DNA from: Macrostomum lignano
Taxonomy: Eukaryota
Reading direction: 5' to 3'
Length of the DNA stretch: 64,000 bases
Assembly (NCBI GenBank): GCA_002269645.1
Contig: NIVC01000939.1
Span: 1 to 64,000, forward strand
Shown here: one piece after another, positions 1 to 10,493 of the stretch
How positions within the stretch are numbered: position 1 is the stretch's first letter
How the letters are laid out: each line of letters opens with the position of its first letter
The notes under the pieces: generated by a model
Told to the model about the DNA's origin: nothing
Seen by the model: the letters and a program-made list of their open reading frames with translations, nothing else
Databases searched by the model: none
Translations under genes and position numbers: made by a program

Positions 1-1
1 C

Positions 2-359
2 AGCCAGCTAGCACTAAAGAAAGGTGGTGAAGCCATGTGCCACGCTGCATTTGTACCTGAGAATAATTCATTCGTGAGAGAGTACTTGCACTACCTGAAA
101 AGCTGTCAGTCAGCCAGCCCTAGCAACTCGGTTCCGTGGTCCCTACCAGTTGTTCTCCAACGGCAACACAGCTTTCGCATTCGATCTCACGCCTGAGGGA
201 GCGGCCCTGTGGTACGGACAGAAGGAGGGCAATTTGCGGCTGGAGATTCGCTTCCGACAGGCCCTGGAGGAGCCTGTATCTCTGATTGTTATGTGCCTGT
301 ATGACTCACTGATTGAGGTCACGAAGCACAGGGAGATTCTGCTAGATTTTCCATCCTAG
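2..359 (+). CDS. Major capsid protein, C-terminal part (Polinton/adintovirus double jelly-roll type); one frameshift near 138-140
   Basis: FVREYLHYL...F.NGNTAFAFDLTPE...W...KEGNLRLEIRF..AL..PVSLIV..YDSLIEV...REILLDF resembles the Polinton MCP C-terminus; 5' part is outside the window. Confidence 0.8.
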
Positions 360-382
360 GAGTACGCTGGCGCAACGCTAAT

Positions 383-905
383 ATGGATGCTTTTCAACTG
401 CTTAACTGGCTAAAAGCTTTTTGCCACAAATAACTGTTTAATTATTGTCTTGAATTCAATAAATAAAACATCTTATGCTTTAAACTTTATTCAGCGAGCA
501 ACTCTCAAAAGAAATTTATCTCGATGTAAGTTTATTTTCTTTCTGCTTCAGTACAGCTCATCCTTCGGTCACTGGGTGGTTTGTTATGCTGATAAGGAGA
601 ATTCCATAGAACTCTTTAACTCTCTGGGCTGGGACTCCAGCACTTTAGAGATCATTCACAGAGCACTGAAATCCTTTTGGTATTCTCCATTCTACTTACG
701 TAGCAATGTGAATCGAATTCAGAGCTGTGACTCTGCTAAATGCGGTTTGTTCTGTCTCTTGTTTGCCTATCAAAAGTTTCGTTTCAAGCGCTCGTTTGAG
801 TGGGTTCTGCGGCACCTCCATGCAAATCAGCAGAGCCACTTGAATGAAAGAATTCTGCAAAGGTTTGAGAGTTGCTTAAGAAAAAGAAATTTAATTAGAC
901 TTTAA
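383..905 (+). CDS. Adenain/Ulp1-like cysteine maturation protease; N-terminus frameshifted
   Basis: GHWVVCY (His), ELFNSLG (usual FDS reads FNS), IQS.DS.KCGLFC (Gln, Cys); located between MCP and ATPase. Confidence 0.8.
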
Positions 906-930
906 AAATCAAGATTTAGCTCAACAGGCG

Positions 931-1582
931 ATGGAAAACACGTGAGCGGATAAACTGTTATGATGTGCGCCTGCGACAGGGAAGCTGCATGATTGTCAGC
1001 GGGCCTACAAATGCAGGAAAGACAACCTTCGTGAAACATCTGATACAATACAAGGATGTCATGTTTGATGTGAAGCCTGGGAGAGTTCTGTGGTACTACG
1101 GGATTTCACAAGCAGCACACTCTGAGCTCAGCAGTCTCGGCGTGCACCTGCAGCAGGGATTTCCCAGCAGTATCGAGACCGCACTGAGACCAATGACCTG
1201 GTTGTATTTGATGACCTGATTGAAGAAACTTCCAATTCTGCTGCAATGCGAAATGTTTTCACTGGAATTGCCCATCATTTGCCCTGCTTTCTGGTTATGC
1301 TCACCCAAAATGTATTTTTTAAAGGGAAGGAGTTGCGAACAATGAGTCTGAATGCGATGTACTTTGTGATCATGAAGAACCCCAGAGACCAGCTGCAGAT
1401 TGCAGCGCTGGGCAGGCAGTGCTTTGCTGAGAAGCCCGGCTTTCTGCTGTCAGTGTTCAAGCACGTGACATCGCACGGCAGGGGAGCCTACCTGCTCCTG
1501 GATTTTCACCCTTCCACCCCTGATGAGCTGCGGGTCCGGGCTCGAATCCTGCCCAATCAGCGACCCACCTGTTTACACTTAA
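931..1582 (+). CDS. DNA packaging ATPase (FtsK/HerA, A32-like), split by frameshifts
   Basis: Walker A GPTNAGKT (965-1219 frame); Walker B DLVVFDDL restored across a frameshift near 1187; TQN, SLNA.Y.V.MKNPRD.LQI, GAYLLLDFHP in the 1246 frame; likely end PVYT* near 1582. Confidence 0.85.
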
Positions 1583-1629
1583 GAATAACAGCCGAGATTT
1601 TGCCATTTTTTCTATATTCTGCAACACAA

Positions 1630-1944
1630 ATGATAATGGAAACTTTGACTCACATGAAAGTTTGTTTGATGTTCTCGCGTCACCGAAATATTCCATCAGC
1701 TTTAAACGTCTGTTGATCAGAGCGGGTCCAAAAGCCGTACGTGAATTTCTCATTGAGGCCTGCTACAACCTATTGCAAAACACTCTGTCGTTCTCACTCA
1801 CAAAAGGCAGCGCTGGTGAAGCAAAAGCAAATAATCCGCAAAATTTCTACACATAGAAGAACTGCGGATCTGCTAAATACGGGTTTTATCAAAATTCTCT
1901 ACATTCTAATAAAGCTAGTGAAGAAAAAGAAGCAAAATGAATAA
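1630..1944 (+). CDS. Small basic conserved Polinton/adintovirus protein, frameshifted
   Basis: LIEACYNLLQN.L.(S)..QKAALVKQKQIIRKIS pattern recalled from the small core-like protein of such elements; spread over ORFs 1662-1856 and 1741-1944. Confidence 0.5.
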
Positions 1945-2659
1945 GTTCTCAGAAATGGTTCTGATCCCCAAGTCAGAGTACGACATGCTCACACAGAATT
2001 TGAAGCCAGTCGAGTCTGAAATGGACACTGCTGTGAGATATGCGCAGAGGAAATGCAATGATATTTTGCTTGCCGAGGATTGCCCAGACGATGTGAAAGC
2101 TGCCATGTACCATGATGCGATGAAGAGTTTGCTGGTCAAGCGCAAGCGGACTGGAAAGGATGGTGCGGTACCTGCGAGTGATGCAAAGATGCTGAAAACA
2201 GATATTGCACCAAGCAGCTGGGGGGAAAAGATCACCCAATCCGTGCCGCAGAAGTTTAAAGCGAGAGCCCGCAGTCTATGGGCCATCCTATCTGGCAATC
2301 CCTCTCTGATTCAGGTGTCCGAAAATGGCGAGGCGCAAATTTCTGGGAAGACAATACCCTCCTCAAACATCCTGGATTTGTTTCACAGTGCGGTGAGGGA
2401 TTCGAAATGTGCCAGCGAGCCGGTAGGCTGGAGTGAGTTTGTCTCATTGCTTCAAGACAAAAAGCTTAACATCCCAGCTTCGGCTATAGGAAAGTCAGTA
2501 AGGCAGCTAATTTCTAAACCGGCTGTTTCTCCAGAGGCCACCCCTGCACATCATACAGTTAAGGGATTCGGGAGTGGGAGAGCCTGGCTACACCTGAGCA
2601 GGAAAAAAAACTATTTAAGAAGGGGAACTGAGTCGGCTTCCCGACATCTTGCGTCTTGA
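1937..2659 (+). CDS. Conserved uncharacterised Polinton/adintovirus protein (240 aa)
   Basis: MVLIP start; VPQKFKARARSL...I.V...GE..I.G..IPSSNILDL...VR...P.GW.EF...L...NIP.SAIG pattern recalled from Polinton ORFs. Confidence 0.6.
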   Translation: MNKFSEMVLIPKSEYDMLTQNLKPVESEMDTAVRYAQRKCNDILLAEDCPDDVKAAMYHDAMKSLLVKRKRTGKDGAVPASDAKMLKTDIAPSSWGEKITQSVPQKFKARARSLWAILSGNPSLIQVSENGEAQISGKTIPSSNILDLFHSAVRDSKCASEPVGWSEFVSLLQDKKLNIPASAIGKSVRQLISKPAVSPEATPAHHTVKGFGSGRAWLHLSRKKNYLRRGTESASRHLAS

Positions 2660-2671
2660 AACCATCCGATC

Positions 2672-3130
2672 ATGAACTATATTGACTTCCAAGGCTTCCC
2701 ACGCGAGAGATCGAGCAGAGATTTCGTTGTGAAGGAGCTGGCCATTGCCCAAGTCCGGGCTGGCAGTTACCATATCACTCATCACGTGTACGCCTCTCCG
2801 TTCTCATGGGACAGAATCTCACCTGAGATGCAAGTACATTACAGAAAGCTCTCAAAGAATTTGCATCATTTCAAGTGGACAGATGGATCCCGACCGTACA
2901 TGCATTTGGCTAATGACATTCTAAACATTGCTTACGGTCCCACCTGGACAAGCGGGGTGAAAAAGTCCATCTTTCTGACTGAGCTGCTTGGCAGACAGGT
3001 GTACAACCTAGAGGATCTGGGATCACCTTTGATTCAAGCATCTGATACTGGTTGTGCAGTGAAAAATGTATTACTGTACTACAACTGGCTGAAACCGAAG
3101 TTCTGTATCAACTTAAGAAGCGAGGTGTGC
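2672..3130 (+). CDS. Putative DEDD/DnaQ-like exonuclease-fold protein of Polinton-like elements (ORF reads on to 3517)
   Basis: IDFQGF...FVVKELA...H...SP..W...HHFKW.DG...Y...K..FL..L...VYNLEDLG.P...CAVKNV.LY.NWL; the recognisable family pattern ends near 3090. Confidence 0.5.
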
Positions 3131-3185
3131 CCGCACCACTCAAAAGCTCGCAAAGACAGCACCACTGACAGAAAGGACTCTCTAA

Positions 3186-3749
3186 ATGAGTACACCTGCG
3201 ACAGCCCTGCGAGTGACCAATCTGGTCGGCGGCGTGGATCTGAGACTTGCTGGAGACAGGGGTGCCCAGTTGCCTCTGCGGGAACTGGCTCTCAGCATGG
3301 CTCATGTCATCTATCGCCCCGTCTGGCCCCGAGTGCTTATCAAGAGGATGCGGAGTCCCAGAGTGACTCTATTGCTCTATCCGACTGGACAACTGAGTAT
3401 CTGTGGCGCCCGGAGCTACTCGGCCTCAGTCAGGGCCGCTCGTCGCTTCGTGGCTATGCTGCATCGCAGAGTGCCTGCTCAACTGCTGCCTCATCAAACT
3501 GTGCATGTGCGGATTAAAACTATTACTGCGCATGGGAAAATTGACTTGTGCAGAGCACTTCCCCTCGCTAATCTTGTAAACACTTTACCAAGTGCTCAAT
3601 ATGAGCCAGAATCATTTTCTGCTTTGATCTGCAAACTAAGCTTCTGCAAATGCCTGCTTTTTCACAATGGCTCATTCGTTCTCAGTGGTGCAAAAACAAT
3701 GAGCATGCTAATTTCCGACTTTTCCTTGCTTGTCCGTTTTCTGTGCTAA
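3186..3749 (+). CDS. TATA-box-binding protein (TBP)-like, full two-repeat core, 187 aa, intact
   Basis: Aligns by eye with the TBP core: TNLVGGVDL~QNIVSTVNL, YRPVWPRVL~YNPKRFAAV, RSPRVTLLLYPTGQLSICGARS~[22 protein letters not shown], AARRF~AARKY, YEPESFSAL~YEPELFPGL, LLFHNGSFVLSGAK~LIFVSGKVVLTGAK. Confidence 0.88.
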   Translation: MSTPATALRVTNLVGGVDLRLAGDRGAQLPLRELALSMAHVIYRPVWPRVLIKRMRSPRVTLLLYPTGQLSICGARSYSASVRAARRFVAMLHRRVPAQLLPHQTVHVRIKTITAHGKIDLCRALPLANLVNTLPSAQYEPESFSALICKLSFCKCLLFHNGSFVLSGAKTMSMLISDFSLLVRFLC

Positions 3750-3770
3750 TAATAACCATATGTTTCAACA

Positions 3771-3780
3771 ATTAAATAAA
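3771..3780 (+). terminator. Overlapping polyadenylation signals ATTAAA/AATAAA ending the plus-strand viral cassette
   Basis: ATTAAATAAA about 20 nt after the TBP-like stop codon. Confidence 0.45.
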
Positions 3781-4464
3781 AAGACGACAGCTGAACAAAA
3801 ATATAATAATCTTGCATGCATATACCACGTATTAAGATGCGTGCATTTTAATCAATATACCTGAAAATCAGACTTCGATCGACTTTTTCTTTATTTTCAT
3901 AACTGAAATCGCAATATTAGTTTGAGTATAGAAAATTTAATCAGACCACAACCAACTCAAGAAAAAAAGCACACCCATCACTCAGATTATGCACTGCTAA
4001 GACAAAAAAACGAACAAGAACTAGCAGAAATGAAAAAGGAAGCCAATATTTTTCAGATAATCATTGGATAATGGTTACAAAAAATATGAGTAGCAAAGCT
4101 AGCAAAGATAAAAAAGGACAGTAACTCAGTTCATTCAATTGTGCAAAAATTCAAGGATAGTAAAAAAGAGGAAAGCCAGACCAATATGCCGCAAATTATT
4201 CCAACATGGCTTTCACAAGTTCGTATTGAAATAAATCTGGAACAACTCAACTCGAAAATGTTACGCTCAGTTAGTTGCTTAGAGACTACAAATATGTAAC
4301 TAACTGAATTGGCTCTATTCGTTCCAGCATTGTCATTATCATCATCATCCATCATTATCATCATCATCATCATTCAGATTAATTAAACCACTGAAACAAT
4401 TCATGGAGTACATAAGTAAAAGTCAATAAATTTCAACGCCAAGGTTACACAGATGTGCAAAGCA

Positions 4465-7400
4465 TCACTCTAAGCAGTCCGCTGTCCTTTTCGGACTACC
4501 CCTGATTAACAGCTGAAAGTGGCCGAACGGAAGACTTGAATTCGAGCCAGTCCACGCTCGCTTGTCCTCCCAGATACTGAGAGCGAGCTTACGTTGCTCA
4601 ATGGTGAAAACGCGATGTTTCTCACTTCCAATTCGACGAACAGTGAGCGACAGCTTTGAAGCCCCCTTGAAAATCTTGACGTAGTCGTCGTGGGAGACTT
4701 CATTCTTCAGCACGCTTCGTTGGATGCCTTTTGCTTTTGCTTTGCATGCCGCCGAGCTTTCAGCGAGGAAAGAATAGAGCTTGGGCCTTAGCAGCACCCA
4801 CTCAATCTGTTGCAGTCCACCAGCTTCATCTTTAATGCAGCCTAGCTTGGCCTTTAGCCGATTCGAGAAGAGAGGATGATTAGTGAAAAATTGGAGGTGT
4901 CCAAGAGGCCTTCGGCATGCAGGATTGGCAGCACTTCTCTCTGCAAACTAAGGTTCTCTAAGCTCAAAAACAACGAGTCTGTATCGCCACCGCAAACTCG
5001 AACTCTTGCTCCATCACGGAATTCTAGCATGGGTTTTATTTTGTCATAGTAAAGTCGATACATGATGATCTTGGAGCGATCTAGAACACACTGCCCCATG
5101 AAAATTGGCGATCAAGAGTTACTTCGCGCTTTTGAAGCTCAAAGATGCTGAGTGACGGCGTAATGATTGTGAATGATGCGACATTTGGTTGAGAAGAAAC
5201 AGTCTTGGCTTTTTTCTTGTCACTGCACACTCTGATGTCCCGCCGCTTGCGCACGTTCTCCATTGTTTTGCCAAACAGGGAGTTATTTTTCAGTTTATAG
5301 AAATCCTTCTCGAAATCATTTTTCGCCATAGAGCGCTTCTCGCTATTCATCTTAATGTAGTCCGCGAAGACAGGTTCTTGCCTGAATTCGATCATCCTGT
5401 GGAGCCCATGCAACTTCATTCCGTGCGATAGATAGAATCGGAGAGCAGACGAGTGCAGTACATAGGAAAACTTGTTGTGGCATGTGAGCATTAATTTTTG
5501 TACTCCACGGTAGCGCGCAACGGTAGGATTCTCAGTCGTGTTCGCGTCGGGCTGCTGCTGCTGATGATGCTGAGAATGATCATTGTCATGTTGAAGCAGT
5601 ACCCATAATTCTCGCATGTACTGCGGAAATTCTTCAAAATTCGGACACCTTTTCTCTGGGGCGAATGGAAGATCCTCCGTTGCCGTGTGGATTTCGGCTG
5701 GGTAGAGCAAATCCGCTTCGACAAGGTAGCCGATTGGAGCGTCATCATCCAGGGAAAGAAAGCGGCACTCGGACCATGAGCAGAGCTCCTCTTGACTGAG
5801 CCAGCGAAAGCCACCAACAGGTAGGGGCATTGTGAGCGCATGACCGTAAAGATTATTAGCATCAACAGCCAGTAAACTCCTACCTGCTGGTTCATTATCA
5901 TCATCGCTACTTTCGCTCTGGACATGATGTACATTGACAAAAGACATTCCACCCGAATTCCTTTTTCAAACATTTTATACATCTCGAGGTCAGTTAGCAG
6001 TTCGATCTTGACTTGAGAAGACTTTAGTGCAGAAGCGAATGATAGGCCTGGAGTTGACACAAAATGCACCGGATCTAGCTTGTCTTCCTGCAAACTCAGC
6101 CTTCGAAACCCTCAAAGATATCTGCTAGTTGCCTGATGTCCAGCTCCAAGTAGCAGAGCATGTAATCGCGCAATGTTGTAGATTCGAATTCAGTCCAGGC
6201 CTTCTGCGCATGCCGATACTCCGCCTCGGTACAGTGGCTGTTGGTGAGTCGGTTAAAAAAGCTTTCTACTTTTGGTAGTTGGCGATCATCAAGCACATTC
6301 AAATTCGAGAGATAATCATAAGGGAAAACTCCCTTACTAAACAGTACATCGCTTGAAAGATTTGGATACTTTGATCGCATCGCATTAGTGATGGGACAGT
6401 TGTCCTCCGGCAAGTTCTTAATAAGTTGAGATAGACTGCTGTGTAGGAATTGCAGTGAGTCGATGAATTGTAGCGTGAAAAACAGGGGCTTTTTTACGCC
6501 ATCTTTCTCATACTCATCAATCTGGAACTCGACCCTCATGGAGAGGTACGACTCGGCAGTTTGGGGGATGACGCTCACCCTCCAACCAGTCATGTCACCC
6601 AGCGCAGTTGAGAAAATCAAATGCAGGTCATATCCGCGAAGATTGTGGAAAACTATTGGCAAAAATCGCCGTTTTAGCCGAGCAAGCTTGTTACACGAAG
6701 CGCAGGCAGCACCCTTGTATTCACCGCTGAGGTGGTCGTGATCCCAGTGCTTGTCAGAAGATGAAATAAACACTGCATTGCATAAATAGCACTGTGGGGC
6801 ATCTTGAAAGCTGCGCCTGTTGTCATCTCTGTTTCTGTCAGCAATCTGATGACTAAACTCGGTATTCCAACCATAAACTTCACGAGCAAGACGTTCGAGT
6901 GAGGCCAAAAACTGTTTCACGACAGAATTCGGATTGGGTCCGCTGCAGAGGAAAACATCCTCACTCGGCCTCAGAATTTTGCTGCTCATACCCTCTCTTG
7001 GAATAACAATGTAGCCAGCAGCTACAGGTACATGCTCAGTTAACTTGGTGACAGTAACTTCTCTTTCAGACTCCACTGGTTCACGTGGGGTGTTCAGAGC
7101 TTCAAAATCTGCGTAGACAACAAATGGGGGACTGATTGTCTTTTCCCAAGCCATGAACTGCATTGTGTTGCTACTTGCATCAGGCATGCGCTCCATAATG
7201 GCTGGTTTCAGTTGAGGATTGCAGCTGTCTCGATGCTGCTCCAACTCTTCCTGGGATCGAAACGGAGAAATGCACTTCTCACACCATTTGCGATTCCTCA
7301 GACCTTTTTTGCTGTTCAGGAGCCGGTCCAGGTTCGAAACTGCACACCAGTGTCCAGTCCCACAATTCTCATCACCACCACCATCATCATCAGCATCATC

Positions 7401-8218
7401 GGTGCTGGAGTTGCGAAGCAAGAGTAGAGGAATAACCTTGCGAGAGGCACAAATCCCAGGAAGAGGCTGGCGAATGACATAGGCCTCATCATCTTCCCAG
7501 CTAAAAACTGTGAAACAGATTTCGGAATTATTTTCCTCTATAACGTCTAAATCGGAAATTGCGACTGGTAGTGCGATGCCGCTCAGATCGATTTCATCCA
7601 ACCATCTGCTGTAAGTTGTAGTCGATGGCAAGACTTCATCACACCAGGATCTCTGATGTGCAGGTAAGCGAGACAGGCAAACAGAAAGCAATTGTTTCCA
7701 TCGCTCGGTGGGTTGATTATGGCCTTCTTAACCGCCAGCTGATTGGGCAAAGTAAAATTCGCGCATCGTCCACGATAGTAGCGAATGCGATCAGTGAGGG
7801 CAGAGCACAGATCAAAATAGTTGATTTGCTCAACTATCCAACCGCTCCCATTTGAATTGTAGGCATCAATCTTGCGTTCCAACTCAGAAAACTGCTGCAA
7901 CCACCACAATTCAAAATCTCTTAGATCAGAGAGAAGCTCAAGACCGCATGCGATCCACTTATCTTCTGCATTGACTACCGCAGCTTCCTTGATTCTCACC
8001 ATTCTGATGTTGAACTTGAGCTGCGCTCGAATAGAATTATTCTCGGATGAATCGAATCTCATCTCAACAGCCTGTAGCACTGCAAACTTCGTTGATGATA
8101 AAAAATGAAATGGCTCGAGATCTCTTGATGCTGGAGTGAAGCGTCTGACCTGCAGCGTGTCATCATGCGCACTAGCGTGAATAGCCGAGCTGAATTGAAT
8201 GCCTGCATGAATTAGCAT
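4465..8218 (-). CDS. polB: Protein-primed family B DNA polymerase with N-terminal extension, C2H2-like finger and endonuclease-VII-like domain; split by 5 single-base frameshifts
   Basis: GSGW..LP..L..KKAIIN; ExoI YADFE; C..C...DHDHLSGEYKGAAC..CN; ExoII FHNLRGYD; KGVFPYDY; motif A DANNLYG; motif B KLKNNSLFGKTMEN; motif C GDTDS; C-terminal PKLYS/KAKGI/EDKR/LPFGH. Confidence 0.93.
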
Positions 8219-8303
8219 GTTGTTGGATGTACGCGTTTCACTCGACAGTTAAAATTTATAAATCATATTCCTAATTCCACCTCATTATGGTGCGGGAATT
8301 GGT

Positions 8304-8706
8304 TAATCGGAATCAGTGAATCGGGAATCGGCGAATCGGGAATCGGTGAATCGCTAATCAGTGAATCAGGAATCGGGAATCAGTGAATCGGTGAATCGGT
8401 GAATCGGGAATCAGTGAATCGGTGAATCGGGAATCAGTGAATCGGTGAATCGGGAATCAGTGAATCGGTGAATCGGTGAATCGGTGAATCGGGAATCGGT
8501 GAATCCGTGAATCGGGAATCGGTGAATCGCTAATCAGTGAATCAGGAATCGGGAATCAGTGAATCGGTGAATCGGTGAATCGGTGAATCGGTGAATCGGG
8601 AATCAGTGAATCGGTGAATCGGGAATCAGTGAATCTGTGAATCGGTGAATCGGGAATCGGTGAATCCGTTAATCGGGAATCGGTGAATCGGCGAATCAGG
8701 AATCGG
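8304..8706. repeat. Tandem array of 7-8 bp units (GTGAATCG / GGAATCG) upstream of polB
   Basis: Directly visible, about 400 bp. Confidence 0.9.
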
Positions 8707-9492
8707 GTTTTATGACTACTTTTTCTTGTACTTATAGAGGGAAGAGTCTACTTTACTGGCTTTACTAATCACATTGGATTGACTCACTGGTTGGTTCGAT
8801 TTCGATAGCAAAATTGGTAGACTCAAGCGGCCGATCACTTGCTGATGATGATGATGAAGTGTCTCTCGAAGAAGCCATCTCGGTTCGGTTGATGACACTG
8901 CTTAGAGCATTTTCGATGAGAATTAGATGAGGAAATTTGCTGAAATACATATTTGTGAAATTATTTTTTCTTGCAAAAGTAAATTCAAATCCCTAATTTG
9001 TGGATATACGCTCGTATTAAGTGTACATATTTTCGAAAGTTGTACTTCGGGTCTTGTCGTTACGTGTCAAATTTCGGGGTCTAATAAAGGTTCTAATAAA
9101 AGGGTTTAATAAAAGGGTCTTATAAAACGAATTCTAAAAATATTTCAAAATAACTCAAAGCTGCAAACTTTTCCAAAATTCAGCGCTTCATTGCGCTTTA
9201 AAATTTATATTTTAAAAATGCAATGATACGCTACATTATTAGAAGCACAAGTTAAAGAAGGAGATTGCAAACCCAAACAGAATCAAACCCAATCTGCATT
9301 CACACCCAAGCACAGCTTGATCAACGCGCACTGCCTGCATAAATATGAACTTTAAAAATAGCAATAAGATGTTGAAAAGAAAAATAAATATTATTCACTT
9401 TTGCAATATACGGATAATCATCTCGCAATTTAATTCAACACAGAATGTTTGCTAATTTAATATTTAACGACTGGTACATTAGAATTATTAGT

Positions 9493-10493
9493 TTAGAATT
9501 GAGAATTGCTCAGGCGAATACGGAAAGCCCCTCCCAAGTCAATCCAATATTCACCCGTAACACTGCTGGGCAGAACCAGCTGGATGCAGAGAGGTGCTGG
9601 CTGCTGCACTTCATTAGCGGCCGCAGGCTGAACCTCAGTCGGTGGTGGCGGTGGTGCAGGCGCAGGGCCTGAGTCCATATCGCGAATCAGGTCAGACAGG
9701 CTGACTTCGGCCGCAGGCTGAACCTCAGTCGGTGGTGGTGGTGGTGGAGGCGCAGGGCCTGAGTCCATATCGCGAATCAGGTCAGACAGGCTGACTTCGG
9801 CCGCAGGCTGAACCTCAGTCGGTGGTGGTGGTGGTGGAGGCACAGGGCCTGAGTCCATATCGCGAATCACGTCGGACAGGCTGACTTCTGCCAGCATTCT
9901 GGCACGCTCCATATTTTTTCCGGGAACAGGGATTGCACGCCGCTGCTGCTGCTGTTGCATTTCTTGCTGCTCCTGTGCTTCAGGCTCACCATCGAGGTTC
10001 TCGAAGAAAGCGGTGTCCAGCTCATTCAGCTCGAAGTCAGGGGTGCCACCTCCATCAGCAGCATCAAGCAGGGGAGCTCCGACATCACCGTCGAGTAGAG
10101 CAGCAGAAGCAGCAGCAGGCTGGGCGTTGGGCTGGTCACCAGTGTTCGTTACTCGGCCGCATAAGCTCGTGATAACTTGACTCAAAGTGCTCACCGGCTC
10201 TCGAATGCGTTCTGCCGCCCTGTTGCGTTCCTCTTGACGTGCAACTTCCAGAGCAGTAGTGCGTGCCTGCTCGCGGTCTTCAGCAGAGCTCCAATTAACA
10301 GTCGAATGATTTTTATGCCTTTTGATTTGGCCTCTAACGGTGAAGAGCTCAACGGACTGGCATTCATGGCATAGTAGCCATCGGTGACACTGCAGCCTTC
10401 ATTCGCTACATGGTGCTTTAGTCCACCGAGCATACTAATATTGCAGGCGACACACACCTCATGAACGTAGGATGGGCACCGAGAATGGCTCAT
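9493..10493 (-). CDS. Unknown viral protein (~333 aa if ORFs 10191-10493 and 9493-10194 are joined); Cys/His N-terminus, acidic and Gln segments, three 30-aa Pro-rich repeats
   Basis: The two ORFs overlap by GTGA and join if one G is restored. The 90-bp repeat encodes EVSLSDLIRDMDSGPAPPPPPPPTEVQPAA. Confidence 0.55.
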
